Origin: a bacterium
GTDB lineage: Bacteria > Hinthialibacterota > Hinthialibacteria > Hinthialibacterales > Hinthialibacteraceae
Direction: 5' to 3'
Length of the DNA: 64,000 bases
Assembly (NCBI GenBank): GCA_041946805.1
Contig: JBHGBC010000005.1
Span: forward strand, 36,735 to 100,734
Part shown: positions 39,240 through 49,335 of the stretch, one piece after another
Numbering within the stretch: position 1 is the first letter of the stretch
Layout: every line of letters starts with the position of its first letter
Translations under genes and position numbers: made by a program
Notes under the pieces: generated by a model
The model's database searches: none
Seen by the model: only the letters and a program-made list of their open reading frames with translations
Told to the model about the DNA's origin: nothing

Positions 39240-39968
39240 ATGAGTGTCGAACAGGATGATTATTTATGGGAATTTGATCGGGAATTGAAGGCGCGGGGAT
39301 TGCGTCTCCCTCCCGAAATTCAACCGCGCATGGGTCTTTTTTTCTACCATCTCCAGCAAAAAAATCAGCAATTCAACCTTACTGGATACAAAAGCCTGAC
39401 GGAATTTTGCGATTATCACTTGGCGGATACCTTGGCCTTGATGCGGATTGTGGATATCCCGGACGGAATGGCTTTAGCCGATGTGGGCAGCGGGTGTGGT
39501 GTGCCAGGGCTGTTGATGAAAATTTTGCGCCCGAATTTGAATGTGACGTTGGTGGAGGCGAACCGGAAGAAAGCCTGGTTTTTAAAGGAAATGGCGGAGA
39601 TTCTGGAATTGAAAGCCGACACTGTCATTTATGCGCGGGCAGAGGAGGTTGTTAGGAGCGGGAATTGGCGCGAATCGATGGATTTCGCCGTGGCCCGGGC
39701 GCTGGGTCCGCTTCCGGTGGCTTTGGAATTGACGGCGGGATTCGTGCGTGTGGGGGGGTGGATTGTCCTTCCCCGGGGCGGGAAGGAAAATGTGGAGGAA
39801 GAATCACAGCGCATGGCGGGCGAGTTGAATTGCCGGCTCGAACGGGTGGTTCCATATGAACTGCCGGGTCTTAATAATCCCTTTCAAGTGGTTGTATATA
39901 AAAAAGTAGCGCCGCTCTTGGTAAAATATCCTCGAAAACCTGGGCGGATCCGCAAGCGTCCCTTATAA
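39240..39968 (+). CDS. rsmG: 16S rRNA m7G527 methyltransferase
   Basis: FNLTG, HLADT, DVGSGCGVPG, RAEE, VARA, YPR motifs; upstream of parA. Confidence 0.92.
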   Translation: MSVEQDDYLWEFDRELKARGLRLPPEIQPRMGLFFYHLQQKNQQFNLTGYKSLTEFCDYHLADTLALMRIVDIPDGMALADVGSGCGVPGLLMKILRPNLNVTLVEANRKKAWFLKEMAEILELKADTVIYARAEEVVRSGNWRESMDFAVARALGPLPVALELTAGFVRVGGWIVLPRGGKENVEEESQRMAGELNCRLERVVPYELPGLNNPFQVVVYKKVAPLLVKYPRKPGRIRKRPL

Positions 39969-40203
39969 TGGATTATAAATTTAGGTTCATCTGATACGTG
40001 CGTACATTTTTCCGGGAGCGTGGCCGGACATCGATTTGCCGGGTGGAAGAGAGCCACCCGAAATCCCCTCTCCCTTGGGGAGTAGGCCTGGGTGTGGAAT
40101 TATTGTGACGGTGTATTGTGAGGGAGTATTGTGGGGCAGGCATGATGCCTGCTCATCTTCGTTAGGCTCTAGGCGCTTTTCACGTCATCATCCACCATTG
40201 CTT

Positions 40204-40219
40204 TGTTCCACGTGGAACA
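40204..40219. promoter_or_regulatory. parS: parS site just upstream of parA
   Basis: Perfect TGTTCCACGTGGAACA ending 13 nt before the parA TTG. Confidence 0.92.
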
Positions 40220-40232
40220 CAGGAACCGATAC

Positions 40233-41051
40233 TTGACTCGTATCATCTCCATTGTCAATCAAAAAGGGGGAGTTGGGAAAACCACCACGGCGGTGAGCCT
40301 GTCGTCATGCTTGGCCCAAGCTCGTTCCCGGACTTTTTTACTCGATCTCGATCCCCAAGGCAACGCCACCAGCGGCCTGGGTTTGTCGAAGAAAGAGTTA
40401 AGCCGCACAGTTTTTGATCTGCTGAGCGAGGAAACCCCCCTGGACTCTATCCTGGTATCCTCGCCAGTGGAAGGATTGTGGCTGGCTCCTTCCAATAACG
40501 ACCTGCTGTCCATGGAGTGGGAACTGGCCGGCGATGAGCAGGGAAAATTCGCCCTCAAACGGGCCTTGGCGCGCTTTTTCTGGGAATGTCCAGCGGAAAC
40601 GCGGCCGGATTTCGTGATCATCGATTGCCCGCCCTCCCTGGGATTGCTCTCCCTTAATGCGATTCTCGCCTCGGATTCGATCGTGATTCCCGTGCAGTGT
40701 GAATATTACGCGCTGGAGGGCCTCACCGAAATTTTATCGTCGGCCTCGATGATCCGCCAGAGTTACAATCCCCGCTTGTCACTTGAAGGAATCTTACTTA
40801 CAATGGCGGACCGGCGTTTGAATCTTAGCCGCCAGGTGGAGGAAGATATCCGCCGGGCGTATAAGGAATATGTGTTTCTAACCGTGATCAGCCGCGGTGT
40901 CCGGTTGAGCGAGGCTCCCAGCCATGGATTGCCGATTACCTTATACGATCCGGAATCGCCTGGAGCAAAAGCGTATCAGGATTTAACTCAGGAAGTGATG
41001 AATCATGAAACGAAAAGCGCTCGGCCGTGGCCTGTCCGCCCTTCTCTCTGA
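40233..41051 (+). CDS. parA: Chromosome partitioning ATPase ParA/Soj
   Basis: NQKGGVGKTTT, DLDPQGNAT, IIDCPPSLG, PVQCEYYALEG, RLSEAPSHG; TTG start inferred. Confidence 0.96.
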   Translation: MTRIISIVNQKGGVGKTTTAVSLSSCLAQARSRTFLLDLDPQGNATSGLGLSKKELSRTVFDLLSEETPLDSILVSSPVEGLWLAPSNNDLLSMEWELAGDEQGKFALKRALARFFWECPAETRPDFVIIDCPPSLGLLSLNAILASDSIVIPVQCEYYALEGLTEILSSASMIRQSYNPRLSLEGILLTMADRRLNLSRQVEEDIRRAYKEYVFLTVISRGVRLSEAPSHGLPITLYDPESPGAKAYQDLTQEVMNHETKSARPWPVRPSL

Positions 41052-41877
41052 AACACCATCCATGAACGAGGAAATCGCCAACATCCAGGAAATCCCCATC
41101 GAGGCGATCGAGGCCAGCCAATTTCAGCCGCGCCGCCATTTTGACGAAGATGCGTTGTTGGAGCTGGCCGATTCCATCCAGAACCAGGGGATCTTGCAGC
41201 CCCTGCTGGTGCGGCCGCATCCCACGGCGCCGGAGAAATATCAACTCCTCGCCGGCGAACGGCGGCTGCGGGCGGCAAGCCTGGTTTCCATGTCCTCCGT
41301 GCCCTGCGTCGTCATGCAGGCGGAAGACACGAAAGCTCTGGAGATCGCCTTGGTGGAGAACATCCAGCGGTCGGATCTTTCACCCCTCGAGGAAGCCCAG
41401 GCCTACCGGTATCTGGTGGAACGGTTTTCTCTGACCCAGGAAGATGTCGCGGCGCGAGTGGGAAAAAGCCGCGAGGCGGTCGCCAATACCTTGCGGCTTT
41501 TGAACCTGCCCGAGCGTCCCCTGCAGGCCTTGGAAGAGGGGAAAATCTCGGTCGGACACGCCAAATTGTTGTTGGGCCTTTCCACCGAGCACGAAATCGA
41601 GGCGGTTCTCGAACAAATCGTGGAAAACGGCCTTACGGTGCGGGAGACGGAAGCGCTCATGCGTCAGGGCCGCGTCCCCGAGAAACCCGAGAAGCCCAAA
41701 AAAACCGATCCCATTCTCGATTTGCATATCCAAGCCCTGCGGCGGGAATTGGAGAGCGTGCTCCAAACCAAGGTGGAAATCAAGATGCGGGGCAAGAACA
41801 AGGGAATGATCCAGGTGCATTTTTTTGATTTGGATCAACTGGATTCTCTGCTGGCGTACTGGAAAGTAAGATTGTGA
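41005..41877 (+). CDS. parB: Chromosome partitioning protein ParB/Spo0J
   Basis: KRKALGRGL, QPRR, GILQP, AGERRLRA, ENIQR, HTH VGKSREAVANTLRLL. Confidence 0.96.
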   Translation: MKRKALGRGLSALLSETPSMNEEIANIQEIPIEAIEASQFQPRRHFDEDALLELADSIQNQGILQPLLVRPHPTAPEKYQLLAGERRLRAASLVSMSSVPCVVMQAEDTKALEIALVENIQRSDLSPLEEAQAYRYLVERFSLTQEDVAARVGKSREAVANTLRLLNLPERPLQALEEGKISVGHAKLLLGLSTEHEIEAVLEQIVENGLTVRETEALMRQGRVPEKPEKPKKTDPILDLHIQALRRELESVLQTKVEIKMRGKNKGMIQVHFFDLDQLDSLLAYWKVRL

Positions 41878-42061
41878 TGGTGAAAGATTCCTTGTGGAGG
41901 ATTTTGCCGGGGCGGACTATGGCATCCGCCCGTAACGATGTCCACCAATATCAGGCATATCCGGGAACGGTAGATATTCTGAATGTTGACTTTTTTTGCG
42001 AGATCCATTCGCTGGGATTTCATGGGAGTTGATTTAATCCGGAACCAGTTGGGAGAGCCCC

Positions 42062-43036
42062 TTGCCGAAGGATGCCGCAGTACGAAAGTTTTATCCCCTG
42101 GAAGTAAGCGCGTTGCTGGCGGGGAAATTCCCCCGCCTGAATTTGTATATCAAACGGGAGGAAGATGACGATCCCATCCTCTTCCGTAGCGCCTCCGCGC
42201 CGGTGACGAGGGAGGAAGCGCGGGAACTGGGGGAGAACAATATCCGTTACCTCTGGTTGCCGGAGCGGGATTACGATGTCTACCGGCGGTATTTGGCTCA
42301 ATATCTGCCTGTTTTAATCCAGGATCCCACTTTGCCCACCCAGGCGAAGTGTTCGATCACCTATGATTTCGCCATCCAGGCGATGCAGCAAGCCTTCGAT
42401 TCGAACAATACCCGCCAGGTAATCGAAGCGTCGAAGGGCATGTTGAAGCATGTCATCGACGTGTTGTTTTCGGACGAACGCGCTTCGCATAGTTTCATCG
42501 TGCTGGCCAGCACCGACTATGCCCTTTACTCGCATTCGGTGAACGTCTGCCTCTTCGGGATGGCCCTGGCGCGAAAGGCGTTGGGCATTTCAGAAGAAAC
42601 CGCCATGGAGGAATTCGGGCCGGGCCTCCTTTTGCATGACATCGGCAAGCTGAAAATCCCCCGGGAAATTTTGGAAAAAGAGGGGAAACTGTCGCTGGAG
42701 GAACGGCAAATCATCAAAACACATCCGGAAACCGGACTGGAAATGGTAAAGGAGTTCATGGTGGTGACGCCAGAGGCGGAATCCATCATTTTGCACCACC
42801 ATGAACGGCTGGACGGCTCCGGCTATCCGTTCGGCTTGAATGGCAAATATATTTCGACGCATGCCCGGATCTGCGCGATCGTGGATGTTTTTGACGCGAT
42901 CAGCACCGACCGCCCGTTCCAAAAACGGAAATCGACTTTTGAGACATTCAAAGTGATGCGGCATGAATTGGCAAATCGCATTGATGAAAAATTGCTTAGC
43001 GAGTTCGTTCTGTTGTTCCAACCGCCCGGCGATTGA
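42062..43036 (+). CDS. HD-GYP domain cyclic-dinucleotide phosphodiesterase
   Basis: HSVNV, LLHDIGK, HHHERLDGSGYP, VDVFDA...RP motifs. Confidence 0.88.
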   Translation: MPKDAAVRKFYPLEVSALLAGKFPRLNLYIKREEDDDPILFRSASAPVTREEARELGENNIRYLWLPERDYDVYRRYLAQYLPVLIQDPTLPTQAKCSITYDFAIQAMQQAFDSNNTRQVIEASKGMLKHVIDVLFSDERASHSFIVLASTDYALYSHSVNVCLFGMALARKALGISEETAMEEFGPGLLLHDIGKLKIPREILEKEGKLSLEERQIIKTHPETGLEMVKEFMVVTPEAESIILHHHERLDGSGYPFGLNGKYISTHARICAIVDVFDAISTDRPFQKRKSTFETFKVMRHELANRIDEKLLSEFVLLFQPPGD

Positions 43037-43084
43037 TCCTATATCCGGCGCGCCGGAGTTCTCCTGGCGGAGTGGCGTTCCACT

Positions 43085-43687
43085 ATGAGATGCGTTCGGG
43101 AAGCCGCTGGCTGCGCGGCGGATTGCGTCCGCGTTCTCCAGGCAGGTGGCTTGGTGTGCGTGCCCACGGAAACCGTCTACGGCCTGATCTGCCTCCCGGA
43201 CCAGCACGGCGCTGTGGCGCGGCTGGCGGCGCTCAAGGACCGTCCGGCGGAGAAGCCCTTCGCCCTCTTCACGGCGTCCTGGGCGCGGCTGGCGCGGGAA
43301 GCGGTGCGTCCCTCGCCCGTGGCGGAACGGCTGGCCGCCGCCTTCTGGCCGGGACCGCTGACCTTGGTTATCGCGGCGGAGCCGGAATGCCCCGCGGCGC
43401 ATGGGGGAACCGTAGGGGCGCGTTGCCCCGATCATCACCTGGCGCGGGAGATCCTGGCGGGCTGCGGTGGTCTTCTGATCAACACCAGCTTGAACCGAAG
43501 CGGGGAACCGGCGGTCTGGAGCCTGGAGGGGATGGAAGACTGGCTCCGCGGGGTGGACCTGGTCATCGACGGGGGAATCCTGCCGCGCCGCCCGGCTTCC
43601 ACGGTAGTGGATTGCGCCAGTGATCCACCGCGGATTCTGCGTGTGGGCGGGGTGCCGGAAGAGGTTTTGCGTAGCGTGTGGGAATGA
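43085..43687 (+). CDS. tsaC: L-threonylcarbamoyladenylate synthase (Sua5/YrdC)
   Basis: PTETVYGL, KDRP..KP, FWPGPLT, TSLN.SG, STVVD. Confidence 0.9.
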   Translation: MRCVREAAGCAADCVRVLQAGGLVCVPTETVYGLICLPDQHGAVARLAALKDRPAEKPFALFTASWARLAREAVRPSPVAERLAAAFWPGPLTLVIAAEPECPAAHGGTVGARCPDHHLAREILAGCGGLLINTSLNRSGEPAVWSLEGMEDWLRGVDLVIDGGILPRRPASTVVDCASDPPRILRVGGVPEEVLRSVWE

Positions 43688-43800
43688 TCTTCGCCCTGCC
43701 CCGTGCGTGGCCGGAGAGAATGACAGAAGACCACCGGCGTGGTTCCATATCTCCCGTAGAAGATCCAATTGGGGCGCGTCCCCCAACGGCGCAGGTACCT

Positions 43801-45054
43801 ATGAATCGTGATTTCACATCCACGCGTGGCGAACGATGGCTGACCCTGCTTGTTTATGAGCTGGCGGTGATCGCCTTCTTCATTCCCGCCGGACGTTTCA
43901 ATATTTCGCTGTTCGGCTGGTATTCGTTCTCGACGGGCTATGACGCCTACAAGCTGTTTCCCATTTTGGGGATCACCTGGCTGACCTGGCGTCTCCAGAA
44001 CCGGGACCGTCCCTGGCCGGAATCACCGCTCTTGCTGCCGTTTTTCCTGCTGGTTACGGTATCGCTGCTGGCCGCGCTGATCTCGCCGGATCCCTACGAG
44101 GCGGTCAGCGAGACACTCGAGATCCTGGCGTATTTCGGCTTTTTGCTCTGGCTGCTGGATGTGCCCTGGACGCCCCGCCGGATCCAGACCGTGGCGGCTG
44201 GTTTCGTCCTCGGCAACCTCTACCTGGCCAGCGTGGCTTGGATGCAATACCATGCCCAGGATTCCGCCGTCCTCACGCGGGTCAGCGCCACCTTCCGGCA
44301 TCCCAACTTTCTGGGATCCTACGCCATCCTGGGTCTGACACTCAGCTTCTGGCTGCTGAACCAAACCCGGCGGCCGCGGCATCTTTTCTGGCTGTGGGTG
44401 AGCATCACCGGCCTGCTCTTCGCGGCGGCCGTGAGCCAGTCGCGCGTAGCCCTGATCGCGTTGGGGCTATGGCTGCTGGTGCTGCTGGCGCTGGGGCGCG
44501 GGCGGCTGCGGCGGTATGCGGCGATTGGTTTATTGATGGGAGCGGCGGCGCTCGTGTTATCACCACGGATCACAGCCCGTTTTTCGGCCATGAGTTATGA
44601 AACCCCCACCGCCGAGCAGGTCAACCGCGTGCTGATCTGGCGGTATTACCTCGAACAGGAAATCCCCTCCCTGCCCTTTTTCGGCCTGGGCCTCGGGCCG
44701 GTGGTGGAAACCCGGATGAATGACCGTTTGGCCGCCGATCCGTCCATCGCGTCCCTCTTGTCGCACGAATGGGGGCCGCACAACGCCTATCTCGGCTGGC
44801 TGCTGGGCGCCGGATTGGCGGGGATGTTCGCCCTCTTCTGGCTGCTGGGGGAAGCCTTGCGGCTCGCTTGGAACGCCGATCCCTGGAGCCGGCCGCTCTG
44901 GATGGCCGGATGGATCACCACCTTGATGGTGATCACCACGCAGGATCCGCTGCTGTACGCCAATCTCCCCCTGGCGCTTATCCTTCTGCTTGTTTTGTGC
45001 GAGAAAACCGCCATGTCCCATCCTGAGGAGGTCGTGCGGGAGGGAACGCCATGA
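43801..45054 (+). CDS. O-antigen ligase (Wzy_C)-like membrane protein
   Basis: RVSATFRHPN, SQSR, R..IW, PFFGLG.G, PHNAYL motifs; start uncertain (43678-43801). Confidence 0.82.
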   Translation: MNRDFTSTRGERWLTLLVYELAVIAFFIPAGRFNISLFGWYSFSTGYDAYKLFPILGITWLTWRLQNRDRPWPESPLLLPFFLLVTVSLLAALISPDPYEAVSETLEILAYFGFLLWLLDVPWTPRRIQTVAAGFVLGNLYLASVAWMQYHAQDSAVLTRVSATFRHPNFLGSYAILGLTLSFWLLNQTRRPRHLFWLWVSITGLLFAAAVSQSRVALIALGLWLLVLLALGRGRLRRYAAIGLLMGAAALVLSPRITARFSAMSYETPTAEQVNRVLIWRYYLEQEIPSLPFFGLGLGPVVETRMNDRLAADPSIASLLSHEWGPHNAYLGWLLGAGLAGMFALFWLLGEALRLAWNADPWSRPLWMAGWITTLMVITTQDPLLYANLPLALILLLVLCEKTAMSHPEEVVREGTP

Positions 45055-46814
45055 AAAACAAGCCGCGCTTGATCCCTCTCTGGATTCTCCTGGCCGGCGC
45101 GTGGCCTGCCGCTCTCTCTTGGACCTGGGGCAAAGGCATCCTGGCGCTTTGGATCCTGCTATGGGTGCTGGTTTGCCTGGAATCCAAGGCCTGGACGCGC
45201 TCCCTGCTCCCCGTTTCCCTGTTCCTGGCCGGCTCGGCCTCGGTGTGGTCCGTGGCTGATTTCCTTATCCCGAAGATGTCCCATCTCCTGTTCTATTCGA
45301 TTTCCCTGTTCCTTTGGGGATACACGCTTTGGCTTTGGAGGAACCGGAAAACGGTTTCCCCCGCGCCCTGGCCGGCCAAGCCCATGGCGGCTGGTTTCAT
45401 GTTGCTGGTGATCTTCGGATTCATGCTGGTCCACTTGGCCCTGGCCTGGATGACGCACACCCGCTTTCACGAAGAATCCTGGAGTTCAATGCTCTGGGCG
45501 GCCTTCGCGTTTGTGCTTTGTTATCCCACAGAGGACCTTATCAGCCTGAGCGATCCGGTCCGGCGCGCTCTGCGGTGGATGTTGCCGTTACTATTTTTTC
45601 AAGTTACAATTTTGCATTCTGTACAATACATCCGGATCGCCCATCGGCTGGAAACGTCTCCTGCTCCCGGCGAACTGGCCGGGAGGGCCATGCGCCCGGG
45701 ATATCCCGGACTCGCCCGCCGGGCGGTTCTGCGGGAAACCGCCCGGATCTACGCGGAGCGGGGCTGGGCGAACGCGGTCCGGTATCAACGAAGCCAATGG
45801 CCGGCCGTGGACAAGGAGAAACTGGCGGAGGATTTCCGCCAGGATCCGGGATTGGAACGCAACCTGTTTCTCTTCACGCTCAGTTACGGTTGCATGCTGC
45901 AACTGGCGGAGGGTGAGGAGGCGTTGGATGCGGCCATCCTGCCGGAGGAGGAATCCGTATACGTATTGACCTCGCGGGGGCGGCTGCTGCGGCTCGGGAC
46001 GTCCGGCCTGACCGTGGCCTGGCACACGTCCCGCCCGGCCGCGGCGCTGGCGGTGTCTCCCGGCCGCCTGCTTAAGGCGGTGCTGACGCAAACCCGCCAG
46101 ATCTTTGTACTGGAACCGAACCAGCGTGACAGCCTCATCGATCTCCCCACCAGCCAGACCTGGGTGGATATCGCCCTCAACCGGGAAGGCACGCGGCTGT
46201 GGGTGATGAGCGAGCACGGCCACATCGACGGGTATCAATACAGCGCCGGCCGCCGCAGCTGGCTGCCCGAAGGCCCGCTCCATCCCCCCCTGTGGCGCGA
46301 GCCGGGCATGGCCAAGGCCTTCGCACCCGCCGGGATGGAAAACACGTTCTATCTGCTGGACGCGTTCGGAGGCATCCACTGGCGGGGTTCCCGCGGCCCG
46401 GCGGAAGGAAACCCGTACCGCAAACGGCTGCTGGAGTGGTACAACCCCCAGCGGGACACGCCGGTGGATATCGCCTTTTGGGAGGAATCCACGGATTTGA
46501 TGATGCTGGAGCGGACCGGCGATGTGCATTTCTACTCGCTTCCCGGTACCCGGCTGGATGACCTCGCGGCCTTCGATTCCGCGGCGGAGCCGCTGACGCC
46601 CAATCCGCCGCCGGTGCAGTCGGTGATCTTTCTCGATTTGGAGACGGGGCTTTCTTACCGGAAACCGCTGAGCCGGCGTCTGGCCGCCGCGCCCCCCGCG
46701 GGGACCCTGCTGGTCCTGCAAAGTGACGGAACCCTGCAGGCCATCGCCATGCCCGGACGGACGCATATCACGTTTACTAGGAAGAAGCTATTGCGGGTGG
46801 AGACGGGGGGATGA
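45051..46814 (+). CDS. Membrane protein with N-terminal TM helices and a probable beta-propeller domain
   Basis: ATGA overlap with the upstream gene; hydrophobic N-terminal third; repeated YVLTSRG / YLLDAFGGIH / MLERTGDVH blade-like motifs. Confidence 0.65.
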   Translation: MKNKPRLIPLWILLAGAWPAALSWTWGKGILALWILLWVLVCLESKAWTRSLLPVSLFLAGSASVWSVADFLIPKMSHLLFYSISLFLWGYTLWLWRNRKTVSPAPWPAKPMAAGFMLLVIFGFMLVHLALAWMTHTRFHEESWSSMLWAAFAFVLCYPTEDLISLSDPVRRALRWMLPLLFFQVTILHSVQYIRIAHRLETSPAPGELAGRAMRPGYPGLARRAVLRETARIYAERGWANAVRYQRSQWPAVDKEKLAEDFRQDPGLERNLFLFTLSYGCMLQLAEGEEALDAAILPEEESVYVLTSRGRLLRLGTSGLTVAWHTSRPAAALAVSPGRLLKAVLTQTRQIFVLEPNQRDSLIDLPTSQTWVDIALNREGTRLWVMSEHGHIDGYQYSAGRRSWLPEGPLHPPLWREPGMAKAFAPAGMENTFYLLDAFGGIHWRGSRGPAEGNPYRKRLLEWYNPQRDTPVDIAFWEESTDLMMLERTGDVHFYSLPGTRLDDLAAFDSAAEPLTPNPPPVQSVIFLDLETGLSYRKPLSRRLAAAPPAGTLLVLQSDGTLQAIAMPGRTHITFTRKKLLRVETGG

Positions 46815-46878
46815 GGAACAAACGAAAGAATTATCTTTTTGTGTGTTGTAAAAATGATACATTTTGAGAATCATTGTT

Positions 46879-49332
46879 TTATTCCACAATGATGACTGGG
46901 ACTTTAAGCTGCACCGCGACTGGTGTATATATATCAATGTCTACTAGTTGCTCAGGAGTTTGGAGCGACACTATCAGGGTATAACGGGCTTTCCGACCCC
47001 ACCGTCCAAGGTAGTGCCTTTCTTTCCACCATCCGATAATGGGGTATATGCCTATAAAATTGCAGCAGGCAATATCGGCCGCGGTTCCCGTCCAGATATC
47101 AGATTGTATCGAGCCCTTATCCCGGTTTTGTTTCCCCAAAAGCCACCGCTGGCTGCCACTATCCGATATAGATTCTTCCTTTTCTTCACGGACTTCTTTG
47201 TTGACGCGCTTTTTGAATTCCTCCGGGGTTTCAGTGGGTTTGTTTAGATCGAAACGCAATCCATGAGATGGATACCGGTATTTATTTTGCCATCCGCGTT
47301 CACCAGGACTGGGTTCGATGAAATAAGAAAGTGTCACACGGAGCTGTACCGGTATTTCACCAAGGTTTATTAGCGTCTCTCGAGGCCAAGGAAGTTCATA
47401 AAGATGCATCTCCTTTGTTTTAATATTATGGGATTCTTGGCACTTATCAAACGGCTGAATTTCTTCTTGCGTAATCAATGTTAAATAGTGTTTCCCACAA
47501 TACAATGCCTGTTGCAGATTGGGGACTCCATAGCCACAGGTTCGCAAGAGTTTCGTGAAACAAGTTTTCTTGGTTTCATCATCCAGAAACTGTCTTTTCA
47601 GGGTCTCCGTCCATTGCGCGGAGTGGACCAGCAATGCGCGGATGGTTTCAGGCCAAGCATTGGGATAGGTTGCTTGGATTTGGGCGGCCATCCAAGCCGC
47701 TTGTGCACAGGCCGCGCTGGTGCCATTCATAATATGGAATGACCGTTGGGCAGGAAGATAACTCGTGGTTAGCAAAGATAGATCATCACATACAGTGCAA
47801 AATCCTCCGGGATCTGTAGCAGCGTTTCCACCTTCCAATACAATCTCCGGTTTGATTGGCCATTTGTTATCCCAGACCACACTTGTTGAAGAAAATGGAG
47901 ATAAGCCTCCACTGGGAGCCAGAGGTTCATAGCCTGACATATCCGGATCAGTAATGATTGTTTTCTCAGTATAGGCTCCCACGGTCAGCGCATTCCACGA
48001 TTGGGCGGGATCGTGGATCCCATCGGTTAAGTTACTAGATGGGTAGTTTTTCAATTCTTGAAGTTCGACATTACCACAGGAGAGAATTAACAGCCGTCTA
48101 TGGTCATCATCGTATCCCGAAGTCAGCGCATCAATAGCGGCGGACCAGGAAGAGGGGCGCCCCCGGTCCCGGTTATCGGGCGAGGTAATGGCCATGCAAT
48201 GGATACGGTGATGCGAGGGATTTTGGATTTCCGCGCGGTATACGGCTTGCTGAGTGATATACCCCCAAAGATATTCTGGATTTTTACCATCCCGGGGAAG
48301 AATTTTCACGGATTCCAATTTGTGATTAATTTTTACTGGTTCAAGGCTGCTCAATCGTTCTTGTAAATTCCCATATCCCGAGATACCACACATCCGAGTC
48401 CCGTGGCCATCATGATCACCAGAATCCCATTCTGAATTGCATGTCATACAATCAGAATCGGATAAGATAGGTCTTAATAATGGATGGCCGTTATTTGCGC
48501 CTGTATCCAAAACAGAGATGGAAACATCCGTATTTTGATTGACATGCAACCGGCTTAGTAATTCCAGTACCCACGCGGATTGTTCGGGGGGTTCGAGTTC
48601 CATCCAGAACCGGCAGGTTTCCTTTGCCAAGCGGAATTCCGCGATATCCGGGCTCCGTTCAATGAGATGCATCAAATCCGTATAAGAAGCCCGGATCAGA
48701 ATGACCGTCCGATCCGGAAAATATAAAGAACCTTCTCCCGCTGCAATGTCTAGATCATGGAGAAGTTTGCGAAAACGCGTTTCAACCGCATCCTCATCAC
48801 TGGAGAGCCATACTTCGCACCATTGAGCTTCATCTCCCGGCATCAAAGCCGCCTGGTCCAGCCAGAAGGATTTCACTACGGCTAATTGAATATCTTCAAT
48901 ACTTGCGATGAAATCACTATTTTTTGGTTTTCCCGTGGGGGTATTTTCCAAAAGATATTGGTTGATTTTCTTCAGAAAGGTGCCTTTTCTATTAGCGGGT
49001 ATAAAAACCGTGGCATAGGTTATTTTAGCTTCACCTTCCTGGCGAACGGAGAGTAGCCGGACACCCGATCTCCGGTCTTCCAGGCTTTTCGTGATCAGAT
49101 CAAATCCTTCCCGGCTTTGGAACTCGATATAGACTCCTTCACGGGATTCGATGGCAACCGCATTGCGTTCCGCTTCGGCCCATTGATTCTCGAATAATCG
49201 CTTTAACCGTTCTCCATGGGATGCCCGGTCCCGGGGAGGTATCTTTAATCTGCCTCGTCCTGGCCGGTTTGTGAAAGCAATCGATTTCCTCGAATCCGAT
49301 AGAAATATATGCCGAAGCCGAATTTCATCCAT
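46879..49332 (-). CDS. S8 subtilisin-like protease, IetS-type
   Basis: Triad VLDTG / HGTRM / NGTS, oxyanion SCGN, DPAQSWNALTVGA, IKPE, WPETIRALLVHSA, GYGVP; no signal peptide; AT-richer. Confidence 0.88.
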   Translation of the reverse strand: MDEIRLRHIFLSDSRKSIAFTNRPGRGRLKIPPRDRASHGERLKRLFENQWAEAERNAVAIESREGVYIEFQSREGFDLITKSLEDRRSGVRLLSVRQEGEAKITYATVFIPANRKGTFLKKINQYLLENTPTGKPKNSDFIASIEDIQLAVVKSFWLDQAALMPGDEAQWCEVWLSSDEDAVETRFRKLLHDLDIAAGEGSLYFPDRTVILIRASYTDLMHLIERSPDIAEFRLAKETCRFWMELEPPEQSAWVLELLSRLHVNQNTDVSISVLDTGANNGHPLLRPILSDSDCMTCNSEWDSGDHDGHGTRMCGISGYGNLQERLSSLEPVKINHKLESVKILPRDGKNPEYLWGYITQQAVYRAEIQNPSHHRIHCMAITSPDNRDRGRPSSWSAAIDALTSGYDDDHRRLLILSCGNVELQELKNYPSSNLTDGIHDPAQSWNALTVGAYTEKTIITDPDMSGYEPLAPSGGLSPFSSTSVVWDNKWPIKPEIVLEGGNAATDPGGFCTVCDDLSLLTTSYLPAQRSFHIMNGTSAACAQAAWMAAQIQATYPNAWPETIRALLVHSAQWTETLKRQFLDDETKKTCFTKLLRTCGYGVPNLQQALYCGKHYLTLITQEEIQPFDKCQESHNIKTKEMHLYELPWPRETLINLGEIPVQLRVTLSYFIEPSPGERGWQNKYRYPSHGLRFDLNKPTETPEEFKKRVNKEVREEKEESISDSGSQRWLLGKQNRDKGSIQSDIWTGTAADIACCNFIGIYPIIGWWKERHYLGRWGRKARYTLIVSLQTPEQLVDIDIYTPVAVQLKVPVIIVE

Positions 49333-49335
49333 GGA

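Noticed and set aside
40101..40152. Three TATTGTG direct repeats as an operator or iteron upstream of parA
   Set aside because: They lead into a GCAGGCA/TGCCTGC REP-like hairpin, and a similar arrangement occurs at ~13485-13520, so repeat-derived duplication is more likely.
40203..40232. N-terminal extension MFHVEH of ParA
   Set aside because: It is a translation of the parS palindrome; ParA homology begins at TTG 40233.
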